DNA of 64,000 nt, taken from assembly GCA_963700285.1 (NCBI GenBank), contig CAVOXA010000022.1:279844-343843 (forward strand), read 5' to 3'. How positions within the stretch are numbered: position 1 is the first letter of the stretch; each line of letters starts with the position of its first letter. Shown here in pieces: positions 27,738 through 38,408 of the stretch. A program made the translations under genes and the position numbers. The notes below the pieces were generated by a model. The model worked only from the letters and a program-made list of their open reading frames with translations. It had not been told where the DNA came from and did not search any database. This DNA comes from an uncultured Chloroflexia bacterium. Its GTDB lineage: Bacteria; Chloroflexota; Anaerolineae; JAAYZQ01.

Positions 27738-29636
27738 ATGATCAAGGCCACAGGAAAATGGCTCAAAGATGAACATGGCCGTACGGTCCTCCTCCGTGGC
27801 GTGAATCTGGGCGGCAGCAGCAAGGTGCCCCGCACCCCCGATGGGGCGACGCACAACCGCCAGGGCTTCTTTGACCACCGCGACGTCTCCTTTGTCGGCC
27901 GGCCCTTTCCCCTGGAAGATGCGGACGAACACCTGCGGCGGCTTCTTGCCTGGGGTTTCAGTACCGTGCGCTTGCTGGTCACCTGGGAGGCCGTCGAGCA
28001 TGCCGGCCCAGGTATTTACGACCGCGCCTACCTGGATTACCTCTACCAGCTCATCGAACGGGCCGAGGCGATGGGCATCGGAGTGATCGTCGACCCCCAT
28101 CAGGATGTGTGGAGCCGCTTTTCCGGGGGCGATGGCGCGCCCGGTTGGACGCTGGAACTGGCGGGCATGGATATGCGCAGGTTCGGCGAGACCGGGGCGG
28201 CGTTGGTCCACCAGATCGAGGGCGATCCCCTGCCGCGCATGATCTGGCCCTCCAATGCCAACCGCTTTGCCTGCGCCACCATGTTCACCCTCTTTTTCGG
28301 CGGCAACGACTTTGCGCCGGATCTCAAGGTGGACGGCACTCCCATCCAAGAGTACCTGCAGGCCCACTTTGTCGGGGCCATGCGTCAGGTTGCCCACCGC
28401 CTGCGGCGTTTGACCAACGTGGTGGGCTATGAAACGATGAACGAACCACTGTGCGGCTACATCGGCGCCACGGATCTCGACGGCTTTGTGGCCCCCGTCG
28501 TGGCCTATGGCAAGTGCCCCACGATTTTGGAGGGCATGCTGCTGGCCGCCGGCCACCCCCAGGACGTGGAGGAGCGCGGTATGCTGCCCCATCCCCTGGC
28601 CCGCTCCAGGGTGATCGTGGTCAATAGCGACTGCGTGTCCCTCTGGCTGGACGGTCACGAGCCCATCTGGCAGCGGCACGGCGTCTGGGACTTGGAACCA
28701 AATGGGGAGCCGGTCATTCTGCGCCCTGATTACTTTGCCCGGGTCGGCGGCCGGTCCGTCGTCTTTGACCGGGACTATTTCTACCCCTTTGTCGAGCGCT
28801 ACGTCCGCGAGCTGCGGCAGATAGCTCCCGACTCGGTCTTTTTCCTGAGCCCTCCGCCTGCCCTCCTTTCGGGGCACGGCGAGGACCGCTGCCCGCTCAT
28901 CTGCAAGCACAACCTGGTGCACGCGCCCCACTGGTACGACCATCTGACCCTGGGTTTTCAGCGCTACATCCCCTGGTTGGGCCTCGACGTCCGCGAGGGG
29001 CGGCCCCAGTGGCGGCTGGGACGGGAGCGGATCCGGCGCGACTTTGCGCGGCAGGTCGGGCGCCTGGTGCAGCGTTCCGCCGAACTGGCCGAGGGCGTGC
29101 CCACCTGGGTGGGCGAGACCGGCATCCCCTTCAACCTCAACGGCGGAGAGGCGTACCACAGCGGCGATTTTGACCCACAGGTGGAGGCCATGGACGACAC
29201 GCTGCAAGCGCTGGAAGCCAATCTGGTGGGCTATGCCCTGTGGAACTATACCGCCGACAACAACAACCTGCGCGGCGACCAGTGGAACGGCGAAGACCTG
29301 TCCATCTACAGCCCGGCCCAGGAAACCGGCACAAGAGAGTTGGACGATGGGGGGCGGGCGCTGGAAGCCGTGGTCCGGCCCCACGCCCTGAACGTGGCCG
29401 GCGAGCCGCTGCGGATGTCATTTGACATAAAAACCAAAGTCTTTCAGTTCCAGTTCCGACCCGATCGCGAGATCCTCGCCCCCACCGAGTTCTTTGTGCC
29501 CAAGCTCCAGTACCCCAACGGCTACCGGGTCCTGGCCACCGGCGGCTCCTGCGAGCCGGACGACGAGAGCCAGCGGCTGGTCTACGTCGTCCAGAGCGAC
29601 GACGAGGAGCACTCCCTGCTCATCGAGCCGGCCTAG
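27738..29636 (+). CDS. GH5 glycosidase, endoglycoceramidase-related, with C-terminal beta domain
   Basis: LRGVNLGGSSK, WEAVEHAGPG.YD, DPHQDVWSRFSGGDGAP, MNEP acid/base, GETG nucleophile, GDQWNGEDLS. Confidence 0.88.
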   Translation: MIKATGKWLKDEHGRTVLLRGVNLGGSSKVPRTPDGATHNRQGFFDHRDVSFVGRPFPLEDADEHLRRLLAWGFSTVRLLVTWEAVEHAGPGIYDRAYLDYLYQLIERAEAMGIGVIVDPHQDVWSRFSGGDGAPGWTLELAGMDMRRFGETGAALVHQIEGDPLPRMIWPSNANRFACATMFTLFFGGNDFAPDLKVDGTPIQEYLQAHFVGAMRQVAHRLRRLTNVVGYETMNEPLCGYIGATDLDGFVAPVVAYGKCPTILEGMLLAAGHPQDVEERGMLPHPLARSRVIVVNSDCVSLWLDGHEPIWQRHGVWDLEPNGEPVILRPDYFARVGGRSVVFDRDYFYPFVERYVRELRQIAPDSVFFLSPPPALLSGHGEDRCPLICKHNLVHAPHWYDHLTLGFQRYIPWLGLDVREGRPQWRLGRERIRRDFARQVGRLVQRSAELAEGVPTWVGETGIPFNLNGGEAYHSGDFDPQVEAMDDTLQALEANLVGYALWNYTADNNNLRGDQWNGEDLSIYSPAQETGTRELDDGGRALEAVVRPHALNVAGEPLRMSFDIKTKVFQFQFRPDREILAPTEFFVPKLQYPNGYRVLATGGSCEPDDESQRLVYVVQSDDEEHSLLIEPA

Positions 29637-29654
29637 ACCGCGCCCAAAAGAGCC

Positions 29655-29688
29655 AGACTTCCGAATTCTTCCTAGAATTCGGAAGTCT
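29655..29688. repeat. Palindrome AGACTTCCGAATTCT-tcct-AGAATTCGGAAGTCT between convergent genes
   Basis: Perfect 15-bp inverted repeat; related AGACTTCGGGGGTT..AACCCCGAGGT at about 5734-5764. Confidence 0.65.
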
Positions 29689-29753
29689 CAAGATGGGCGA
29701 AGGTCTCCCGACCGAGCCCCACGGCGTCCGTCACAGACCTCGCCGAACACTCC

Positions 29754-30398
29754 TCATTCGCCCACCATCAACCGCCGGCACAGCTCCACGCCGGCCACGG
29801 CATCCGTGCTCCATGAATCGGCGCCCACGTACTGGCGCACCTGTTCGTCGATCTGCCCGCCGCCGATGATGATGTGGCCCTGGTGGCCCCCGGCGCGCAG
29901 CAGGCTGACGGTTTCGCGCATGGCCTCGTAAGAGTTGGTCAGCAGCCCCGACAGGCCCACGATGTGGGGTTCGATCTCCAGGACTTGCTGGACAAATCGA
30001 GGGGGAGGGACGTCCACGCCCAGGTCGTACACGGCAAATTGCTGGCAGGTCAACAGCATGTTCACAATATTTTTGCCCAAGTCGTGGATGTCGCCCTGGA
30101 CCGTGCCCAGTAGCACGCGGCCGCCTGAGGTTTTGCCTGACATCTGCTCCTCGACCACAGGCTGAACCAGCTTTATGATCTGGCCAAAGATCTCGCCGCC
30201 CATGATCAAGCCTGACAAGAAATACTCCTGGCGCTCGTAGCGCTCGCCGACCTGGATCATCCCCGCCCGGCAGTCGCTCATGATGTGCAGGGGGTCGTCC
30301 CCGTCCGCCACGCGCCGGCGGACCTGGGCCAGCGCTTCCTCTTCCCGCAGCTCGGCGATGGCCCGGCTCAACCCGGCACCGCTGTCTGATCCCTCCAT
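29754..30398 (-). CDS. Corrinoid (B12-binding) protein
   Basis: B12 cap domain plus GDIHDLGKNIV, DLGVDVP, GLSGLLT, IIIGG. Confidence 0.9.
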   Translation of the reverse strand: MEGSDSGAGLSRAIAELREEEALAQVRRRVADGDDPLHIMSDCRAGMIQVGERYERQEYFLSGLIMGGEIFGQIIKLVQPVVEEQMSGKTSGGRVLLGTVQGDIHDLGKNIVNMLLTCQQFAVYDLGVDVPPPRFVQQVLEIEPHIVGLSGLLTNSYEAMRETVSLLRAGGHQGHIIIGGGQIDEQVRQYVGADSWSTDAVAGVELCRRLMVGE

Positions 30399-30401
30399 GC
30401 G

Positions 30402-31163
30402 CTACGCGGCTCCTTGTTCCTGAATACCCACCGTGGTCGTGAAACGCAACCGGTCGCCGGGGCAGATGAACCAACCCCAACTCACCGGTTGCTCATCAAA
30501 ATCGTAAAAGAGATGCTCCAGGCGGAAGGCGGCGGCCGCCACCGGCGCTTTCAGCAGCCGGGCCTCGTCCTCGGTCAGCACGGTGGCCTCGATGGCAAAC
30601 TCGCCCCGTTTCAGCGCGGATCCGCCTGTGCCCGCGAACAGGCCGCGCAGCGAAGTCACTTCCATCTCTGCCTCGATCAGCGGCCGCCCCGGATCATAGA
30701 TCAGGTGCTCGCGGTGGTAGAGGGCCGGCTCGCCCTGCCGGGAGATGAGCCGCCGCAGTAGGACCGTGTGCTGGCCGGGCTGGATGGCCAGCTTTTGCGC
30801 CGTGCGCTCCGTGGCCGACTCGATGCGCGCCTCCAGGATGTGGACCGCGGTCTGGGCCTCGTCGCGAAAGAGGCGCTGCAGGCCGTCCAGGTCGAAGGCA
30901 GCGGTGCCCAGTTCCAGCGACTTGACAAAGGTGCCCCGGCCCTGGGCTGTGCTGACCACGCCCTGGTCGGCCAGAATATTGATAGAGCGGCGCACGGTCA
31001 TGGGGCTGACCCCATAGCGCTGGCATAACTGCGCCTCGGAGGGCAGGCGGTCGCCAGGGCGGTAGGCGCCCGCGGCCACCTGCCCCCGCAGGATGGCCAC
31101 CAGTTGGGCGTAGGCCGGTTCGTATGAGTCGCGGTCGATCTCGACGGATCCTGGTTCTGCCAA
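30402..31163 (-). CDS. GntR family regulator (HutC/UTRA type)
   Basis: PGDRLPSEAQLCQRYGVS.MTVRR, QGRGTFV, UTRA-like C-terminus. Confidence 0.9.
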   Translation of the reverse strand: MAEPGSVEIDRDSYEPAYAQLVAILRGQVAAGAYRPGDRLPSEAQLCQRYGVSPMTVRRSINILADQGVVSTAQGRGTFVKSLELGTAAFDLDGLQRLFRDEAQTAVHILEARIESATERTAQKLAIQPGQHTVLLRRLISRQGEPALYHREHLIYDPGRPLIEAEMEVTSLRGLFAGTGGSALKRGEFAIEATVLTEDEARLLKAPVAAAAFRLEHLFYDFDEQPVSWGWFICPGDRLRFTTTVGIQEQGAA

Positions 31164-31192
31164 GTCTGTCCTCGCTGGTTATTCCCTAGTTC

Positions 31193-31274
31193 ACTATAGA
31201 ACCATTTGGCGAAACTGTCAAGTTTGGCACCGGGCGCCTCTCGATTTGACAACTTCCCTATATAACTATATAAT
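31193..31274. promoter_or_regulatory. Back-to-back sigma70 promoters
   Basis: Minus TTGACA-17-TATAGT (31221-31193); plus perfect TTGACA-17-TATAAT (31246-31274). Confidence 0.75.
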
Positions 31275-31437
31275 TAGCCTCGACCATTTGCCAGAGCTGC
31301 TGCGTGGTAGCAGTCTCCTTCTGACGAACAGGGGATCGCTTCAGTCGCTACGCTCCTTCGCGATGACCATGTTGCAGCAGCCCTGACCATTGGACGCAGT
31401 ACAATCCGGGGTGCGTGCCCCAAATGAGGAGGAAGCC

Positions 31438-32071
31438 ATGTCACAGGAGTTGGTCGAGGCGTTTGTCGATCTGCGCGAAGAGGACGCGCTGCGGATCGCA
31501 ACCGGGATGCTGGAGGACGGCAGCGATCCCATGGAGGTGCTGGACGCCTGTCAAGGAAGCGCTGCAGGTCATTGGCAAGCGCTTTGAGGAGGGCCAGGCA
31601 TTTGTCCCCGAGCTGATCATGGCCGGCGAAATCATGGGCGACATCACCGCCGTCGTCAAGCCCAGGCTGGCCGACCAGGGCCCCGAGCAGAAGTTGGGCA
31701 AGGTGCTGGTCGGCACCGTGGCCGGCGACATCCACGACATCGGCAAGGATATCGTCGTTTTTATGCTGGATGTCAACGGCATCGATGTCCTGGACCTGGG
31801 CGTGGATGTGCCTCCCGAGACCTTTGTGGAAAAGATCAAAGAGTTCCAGCCCGCTGTCGTGGGCATGAGCGGTCTGCTGACGGTCTCGTTCGAAGGCATG
31901 AAAAAGACCGTGGACGCCATCGAGGAGGCCGGCCTGCGCGACAGCGTCAAGATCATGATCGGTGGCGCGCCGGTGGATGACTTTGTACAGGCCTATGCCG
32001 GCGCCGATGCCTGGGGCAAGGACGCCATGACCGCCGTGTCCCTGGCCAAGAACTGGATAGGAGCGAGCTGA
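31438..32071 (+). CDS. Corrinoid methyl-carrier protein, one-base frameshift near 31550
   Basis: MSQELVEAFVDLREE..VLDAC joins EALQVIGKRFE..GDIHDIGKDIV..DLGVDVP; GAGGAGG RBS. Confidence 0.85.
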
Positions 32072-32072
32072 A

Positions 32073-33320
32073 ATGACCACACCGCAAGAGCAGTTGGAAG
32101 CCCGAAAAAAGCGCGTCGCCGACGCGGTGGCCCTCCAGGTCCCCGACCGGGTGCCGCTGTTCATGGAATACCACCAGTTCCCGGCGCCCTACGCCGGCAT
32201 GACCCTGGAGGAGGCCTGGCACGACCTGGACAAGTGGCTGGCCGCCTATGGCCAGGCCATCAGGGACTTTGAGCCCGATATCTATATGCCACCAGACGCT
32301 GGCATTTTCACCAGCGGCAACGTCCATGCCATCCTGGGCAACCGCCAGATCAAATGGCCGGGCCACGGTGTTCCGGCCGACGTGACCTTCCAGTTCGTCG
32401 AGGGCGAGTACATGCTGCCCGAAGAGTACGACGAGTTCCTGGCCGACCCCACCGACTTTATCATCCGCAAGTACGTGCCCCGCATCTACGGCGCGCTCGA
32501 GGGCTTTGCCATGCTGCCGCCTTTGCAGAGTTTCGCCATGGGCTACGCCGGGGCCGGGCTGGCGGGCGTCTTTGCCGCTCCGCCCATTGCCGCCTCATTG
32601 GAGGCCCTGTCCAAGGCCGCCGCTGAGGCCGCGCAGTGGATGTACGGCTACGGCGCTTTCGGCCAGCAGATGCAGGCCGAGGGCTACCTGCCCTGGATCG
32701 GCGGCGTGGCCATCGTGCCCTTTGACCTGGTCTCGGACATGCTGCGCGGCATGCGCGGCGCCATGATCGACATGTACCGCCGCCCGGAGAAGCTGCTGGC
32801 CCTGGAGGAGCGGGTCCTGCCCATGCTCCTTGGCGGCGCCATCGGCGGGGCTAAGATGAGCGGCATCGACCGCGTCTTTATCGCCCTGCATCGCGGCGCC
32901 GACGGTTTCATGTCCCTGGAGCAGTTCGAGACCTTCTACTGGCCCGGTCTCGAGGCCATGATTCTGGCCCTCATCGACGCCGGCATCACCCCCTGTCCCT
33001 TCTTCGAAGGCGTCTACGACCAGCGCCTGGAGTACCTGAAGGGGTTGCCCAAGGGCAAGATCATGGGGCTCTTTGACCGCACCGATCTGGTCAGGGCCAA
33101 GCGGGAAATCGGCGACATGATGTGCATCGCCGGCGGCATGCCCTCCTCCCTGCTGCAGACCGGGACGCCCGACCAGGTCCGCGATTATACCAAAAAGACC
33201 ATCGACGAGCTGGGCAAGGACGGCGGTTTCATCATGGCCACCAGCACCGTACTGGACGATGCCAACCCCGAGTTGGTCAGAGTCTGGGCCGAAACCACCA
33301 AGGAATACGGCAAGTACTGA
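32073..33320 (+). CDS. Uroporphyrinogen decarboxylase superfamily protein (MtaA/CmuA-like methyltransferase fold)
   Basis: PDRVP, LRGM..AMIDMYRRPE, FMSLEQFETFYWP, GTPDQV, GGFI. Confidence 0.85.
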   Translation: MTTPQEQLEARKKRVADAVALQVPDRVPLFMEYHQFPAPYAGMTLEEAWHDLDKWLAAYGQAIRDFEPDIYMPPDAGIFTSGNVHAILGNRQIKWPGHGVPADVTFQFVEGEYMLPEEYDEFLADPTDFIIRKYVPRIYGALEGFAMLPPLQSFAMGYAGAGLAGVFAAPPIAASLEALSKAAAEAAQWMYGYGAFGQQMQAEGYLPWIGGVAIVPFDLVSDMLRGMRGAMIDMYRRPEKLLALEERVLPMLLGGAIGGAKMSGIDRVFIALHRGADGFMSLEQFETFYWPGLEAMILALIDAGITPCPFFEGVYDQRLEYLKGLPKGKIMGLFDRTDLVRAKREIGDMMCIAGGMPSSLLQTGTPDQVRDYTKKTIDELGKDGGFIMATSTVLDDANPELVRVWAETTKEYGKY

Positions 33321-33596
33321 TCTCAACAACCAGACTGGTCCAGTCTTCCGAGGCTGGGCCAGTCCATCCTGACGCTCCACACGGATAGCAGTGGAGTGGA
33401 GCATCCCCGATGCGGAACGGGCTTACCATGGCATCAGCCGCTCGCTCGAGGCTGGTAGCAACCGATCGTGCGCATTACGCCTAGTTGAGCTGAGACAACC
33501 ACTACGATTGTGGTGGCACCACGTTTGCTGGCATGGTCTTGTCTCGAATGCACTGTCAGGGTTGGTGTCACCGCGGGGCACTTGTCCCAGCGAGTG

Positions 33597-33625
33597 TTGC
33601 CCCCCTGTTTCTCTCGTGGTATAAT
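33597..33625 (+). promoter_or_regulatory. Putative sigma70 promoter
   Basis: TTGCCC-17-TATAAT with TG extension. Confidence 0.6.
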
Positions 33626-33653
33626 GCCTCGTGCAAACGGGAGGACACACAGG

Positions 33654-36433
33654 ATGAACTCAAGGAATCAATCTGGCGGTCCACCTACTGCCGCCAAGCG
33701 GGCGAACGGCGCTGACTCCCTGCCGCTCCTGGTCACCAAGCTCTACCGCCCACCGGTCACTCCCGACCTGGAACAGCGCACTCGTCTGATGGAACGCCTG
33801 GACCGCAACCGCCAGCGACCGTTGACCCTGATCTCGGCGCCGGCCGGATACGGCAAGACCATGTTGGCCAGCATGTGGCTGGAAACCTGTGGCTGCTCCA
33901 GTGCCTGGCTCTCGCTGGACGAAGCGGACAACGATCTGGATACCTTTGTGCGCTATCTGCTGGCTGCGGTGCGCAGCGCCTTTCCAACCCTGGAGCTCAA
34001 GACCGAGTCTCTGCTGGACGCGCCTACCGTGGCCCCGGCACCCGTGCTGGCGCGCTACCTGCTGAACGATCTGGCCCAGATCGAGGAGCGGTTCATCCTG
34101 GCCCTGGACGATATGCACCTGATCCAGGAGCAGGCCATCCATGAGCTCCTGGGCAAGCTGTTGCAGCACTCGCCCCCCTCCCTGCACTTGGTGCTCATCG
34201 GCCGCCACGATCCCGACCTGCCGATCCCCTCCTTGCGCGCCCGCAGCCAGGTCACCGAGATCCGCGCCCAGGACCTGCGTTTCACGCCTGAGGAAACGGC
34301 CGGACTGTTGCGGCAGATGCTCCAGCGCGAGGTCGACGATGGGGTGGCAGCGGAATGGACGCAGCGGACGGAGGGCTGGGTGACGGCCTTGCGCCTGGCG
34401 GCCCTGTCGATGCGCCACCGGGATGGTCGGACGATCTCGCCGTGAGCATCGAGGGAGACAGCCGCTACCTCCGGGAGTACTTGCTGGCCGAAGTGCTGTC
34501 GCGCCTGCCGGTTTCTGAACAGGCTTTGCTGCTCAAGACGTCCATCCTGGACCGTTTCTGTGCACCGCTGATCGAGGCTGTGTGCCTGACAGATTCTGAT
34601 GAGTCTGTGAGCTTGGCCAACGTGACAGGACAAGTCTTTATCTCCCGGCTGCAGCGTGAGAACCTGTTCCTCGTCCCCTTGGATGATCGCGGGGAGTGGT
34701 TCCGTTTCCACCACCTCTTTCAGCAGCACTTGCTGACAATGCTTCGGGGACAGGTGGGCGCCGCTGAGGTTGCAGCCTTGCGCCTGCGCGCCAGCCGCTG
34801 GTTTGCCGAACACGATCTGGTCGAAGACGCGATCCAGTACGCGCTGGCAGCCGCGGATGCCGACGCCGCCGTGCATCTCGTCGAGCAGCAGTGCTACGAC
34901 CTGATGAACACAGAACAGTGGAGTCGCCTGAAACGCTGGCTGACGTGGCTTTCGGAAGACGTAGTGGCGCAGCACGCATCCTTGTTGTCTGCACAGGCGT
35001 ACCTAGCCCTGTATCGTGGTGAGGACCTGAAGATGGTTACTTCAGTGCAGCAGGCAGAGCGCCTGCTGGTCACACTGCCCCCACAGGCTGCAGAGCGTCA
35101 GATCGTCCAGGCTGAACTCGCAGTAATCCAGGGGGGGATGGGCATCATAGGAGATCAGCCAACCCGTGCCATCGCCACCGCCCGCAAAAGCCTGGAAGTG
35201 CTGCCGCCACAGGCGCAGCACATCCGATCGATAGCGATTGACATCATCGCGATTGGCCTGCAGATGCAGGGCGACCTGAGACAGTCTGTTTCCTTGATGA
35301 AAAACGTCCTGGCAGATCCTTCTTGGGCCGCTGGATTGCATGTCAAGATGGCGCATTCTCTGTGTATCGCTTGCTTCCAAGCGGGAGATCTCGGCGGCGT
35401 ACTACGATTCGCTCGTGAGTACCTGCCGATTGCAGAACAGCGCTACCCTGGAGAGTCTCTGAGTTTTGTGAGGCATAACCTGGGCAGCGCCCACTATCTG
35501 CGCAACGAATTCGCGCAGGCAGAACCCTACCTGCTCGCCCTGTGGCAAGACCGCGCCACGTCGGCCCCGCAATACTTGGCGATGGGTGTATTCGCGCTAG
35601 CACTCATCTATCTGTCCCAAGATCGCTTGGTGGAGGCTGAGCAGGTCGTCGATCGGCTGAGCGCATACCTCCGGGAAACAGGGGATACGCATGCCCTCGC
35701 CAACACGGAGGCATTCCGGGTGGAACTGGCACTCCGAAAAGGGGACCTGGCCGAGGCCCGCTACCTGAGCAGAAGCATCGACTTCGACTTGCGCCCCCCC
35801 ATCTGGTTCTTTTACGTGCCCCAACTCACCGCGATCAGACTGCTGCTGGCTGAAGGGAGCGACCAGAGCCTGGATGAGGCACGGACGCGGCTGGATGCGT
35901 TGGATGAGCAGATGCGCAAGATCCATCGCAACAATGTGCGCATTGACGTGCTGGCGCTGCTGGCATTGGTCAACGACGCTCTGGGCGACGAGCTGGCGGC
36001 GATGGAGAAACTGGGGGCCGCCCTGACACTGGGCGAGCCTGGTGGCTTTATCCGCACCTTTGTCGATCTAGGCCCGCCGATGGCTGGGCTGCTAGTCCGT
36101 TTGAAGGAGCAACAGACCGGCCGTGGGCTGGCAGCATACGTGGATCAGATCCTGGCTACTTTTCCGGATGAGGCTCGCGAGACCGAGAAACCCGAGCCGG
36201 CGCCTGCCCGGATTCAGCCGCCAGTGATGCCCTTGACCAACCCCCTGACCCGCCGCGAAGTACAGGTCGTGAAGCTGTTGGCTACGGATCTCTCCCCACA
36301 GGAGATTGCCGCCAAGTTGGTCATTTCCCCTCATACCCTGAATAACCACACCAAAAAAATCTACCGCAAGCTGGACGCCCACAAACGCGCGGGAGCTGTC
36401 CAGCGGGCCAGGGAAATGGGCCTGGTCCACTAG
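33654..36433 (+). CDS. MalT-type large ATP-binding LuxR regulator, frameshift near 34421
   Basis: LLVTKLYRP, Walker A APAGYGKT, LALDD.H, TEGW, YLLAEVL, FRFHHLF, C-terminal LTRRE HTH; two ORFs join at a GGG run. Confidence 0.9.
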
Positions 36434-36460
36434 ACGCCAGGGGATCCTCACCAGGTCTTG

Positions 36461-36490
36461 AGAGACGGCTGCCACGGCCGTCTCTTTTTG
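36461..36490 (+). terminator. Rho-independent terminator
   Basis: AGAGACGGC-loop-GCCGTCTCT followed by a T-run. Confidence 0.75.
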
Positions 36491-36729
36491 ATGTACAGAG
36501 CCCTCCCCAGAGAAATATGCCTAAAAAATGCCTAAAGTTAGTGTGAATTTCTCTAATTTAGTTATTGAAAATCATCTAGGAATCTGCTATAGTTGGAGAT
36601 TGGGACGTTCGAATACTCACCCAACCTGAGTACAGGACAGGAACAGCAGCTCCGGCAGGATTTTGGTGGTGCATAGATGGACGAACTGGATTCGCTGACC
36701 ATGAGTATATCGAACAAAAGGAGACAAAA

Positions 36730-38295
36730 ATGAGTGCACAGTTTGATGTCGTTATCAACAATGGCCGGGTTATGGATCCGGAAACGATGTACGACGCCGT
36801 GGCGAACGTCGGCATCAAGGACGGCCGCATCGCCGTCATCACGAGGGAAAAGATCACCGGAAGAGAGACCGTCGACGCCACCGGGCACGTGGTGGCACCG
36901 GGTTTCATCGACACCCACAGCCACTGGCCCCGGCCCATGGGCTATAAACTTGGGCTGCGCGATGGCCGGACCAGCGTGATGGACCTCGAGATTGGTACCC
37001 TGGGGACTCATATGGACCAGTGGTACCAGGAACGGGAGGGAAGGGCCCAGGTGAACTACGGAGCGGCCAGCGCCCACGAGTTCGCCCGTTCCCTGGTCCT
37101 CGACGGCATCACAGCTATTGACACCCCAGAAGCCGGCAAGTCCCGCGGCGGCGGGAATGGGTGGTCCTCGAAGAAGGTCGACCTGGAAGAAGGGAACAAA
37201 ATCCTCCAGGTTCTCGATGAAGGGTTGCGTGCCGGCGGCCTCGGCATCGGCTCCACCCTCGGCTATATGCGCGACGGCGTTTCCGCCCGTGAGGTCTTTG
37301 AACTGCAGAAGCTGGCCGGCCTATATGGCCGGCAGACAGGTTTCCACTTCCGCTACACTCCGGGGACCGAGGTAACAGAGTCGAACGGCATCCAGGAGAT
37401 GCTGGCCAATGCGGCGGCGCTCGGTGCGCCGGCCCTGGCTTGTCACTTTAACAACCCCGGTTACAATCTCGTCCATGAGCTGCTGGTCCGGATGCGGGCG
37501 CGCGGCATGAACGTATGGGGCGAGATCTACCCCTATGCCGCCGGCGGCACGGCCCTGAACGCCGTCTTCTTGGAACCGGAGATGTGGGTCGATACGCTCG
37601 GCTACAAATATGAGGAGACCTTGCAGGATGTGTTGACCGGCGAATGGTACACCCAGCAGTCGCGCGAAGAAATGCTCAAGCAGGAACCGACCCGGCTGGT
37701 GGTTGTCTACAAGATGCCCAAGTCGACGATCGTAGACTGGCTCAGGCTACCGGGCGTGGCCGTTGCCAGCGATACCTTGCCCATACTCGACAATTCCATC
37801 ACCTGGGACACACCGTACGAGAGCCTACCCAACAGCCATCCGCGGGGGGCTGGTTGCTGTGCGAAGGCGCTCCGTATGGCCCGGGAAAACGATATCCCTC
37901 TGATGCAAACCCTCTCGCAGCTCAGCTACAACTCGGTCAAACCCCTTGGCGACATGGGGCTCAAGGCAATGCAGGAACGGGGTCGTATGCAGGAAGGAAA
38001 GGTGGCGGATGTCACCATTTTTGATCCGGAAACAGTGACTGACAATTCCACCTACGCGCAGGGGACGCTTCCCTCATCCGGCATTCCCTACGTCCTGGTG
38101 AACGGCACCATTGTGGTCAAGGACTCGAAGGTGCTCAAGGGCGTGAATCCCGGTCAGCCGATCCGGTTTGAGCCGGAGGCCAAAGGCCGCTATGAACCGC
38201 TAAGCGTCGAGGCCTGGAAGCACATCTACACGGTTTCACCTGTGGAGTTCGGCGGCTCGGAACCGTTTGGAGAGCACGGCCTGGCTTGCTGCTAG
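36730..38295 (+). CDS. Amidohydrolase, N-acyl-D-amino-acid/D-glutamate deacylase-like
   Basis: VVAPGFIDTHSH, ASD, HPRGAG, RGRMQEGKVADVTIFDP. Confidence 0.82.
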   Translation: MSAQFDVVINNGRVMDPETMYDAVANVGIKDGRIAVITREKITGRETVDATGHVVAPGFIDTHSHWPRPMGYKLGLRDGRTSVMDLEIGTLGTHMDQWYQEREGRAQVNYGAASAHEFARSLVLDGITAIDTPEAGKSRGGGNGWSSKKVDLEEGNKILQVLDEGLRAGGLGIGSTLGYMRDGVSAREVFELQKLAGLYGRQTGFHFRYTPGTEVTESNGIQEMLANAAALGAPALACHFNNPGYNLVHELLVRMRARGMNVWGEIYPYAAGGTALNAVFLEPEMWVDTLGYKYEETLQDVLTGEWYTQQSREEMLKQEPTRLVVVYKMPKSTIVDWLRLPGVAVASDTLPILDNSITWDTPYESLPNSHPRGAGCCAKALRMARENDIPLMQTLSQLSYNSVKPLGDMGLKAMQERGRMQEGKVADVTIFDPETVTDNSTYAQGTLPSSGIPYVLVNGTIVVKDSKVLKGVNPGQPIRFEPEAKGRYEPLSVEAWKHIYTVSPVEFGGSEPFGEHGLACC

Positions 38296-38408
38296 TCCAT
38301 AGTCGAACTGTCAGTAATCCGTGCAGTCCGTTGTTACAAAAACCGCTGTGTAGCAGCGGGCTGCACTCGACGATAGGGATGGGTGAGCATCAATAAGGAG
38401 GTCCAGCA

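Noticed and set aside
27612-29384. 590-aa antisense ORF and similar long antisense ORFs (6741..8270, 8947..10368, 1864..3063)
   Set aside because: Shadow frames of high-GC genes on the opposite strand; no motifs
31275-31437. Cobalamin riboswitch upstream of the corrinoid genes
   Set aside because: No B12-box recognised; the leader contains a half copy of the palindromic repeat seen at 10441
34400-34445. Programmed frameshifting in the MalT regulator
   Set aside because: No slippery heptamer; matches the pattern of other probable sequencing indels
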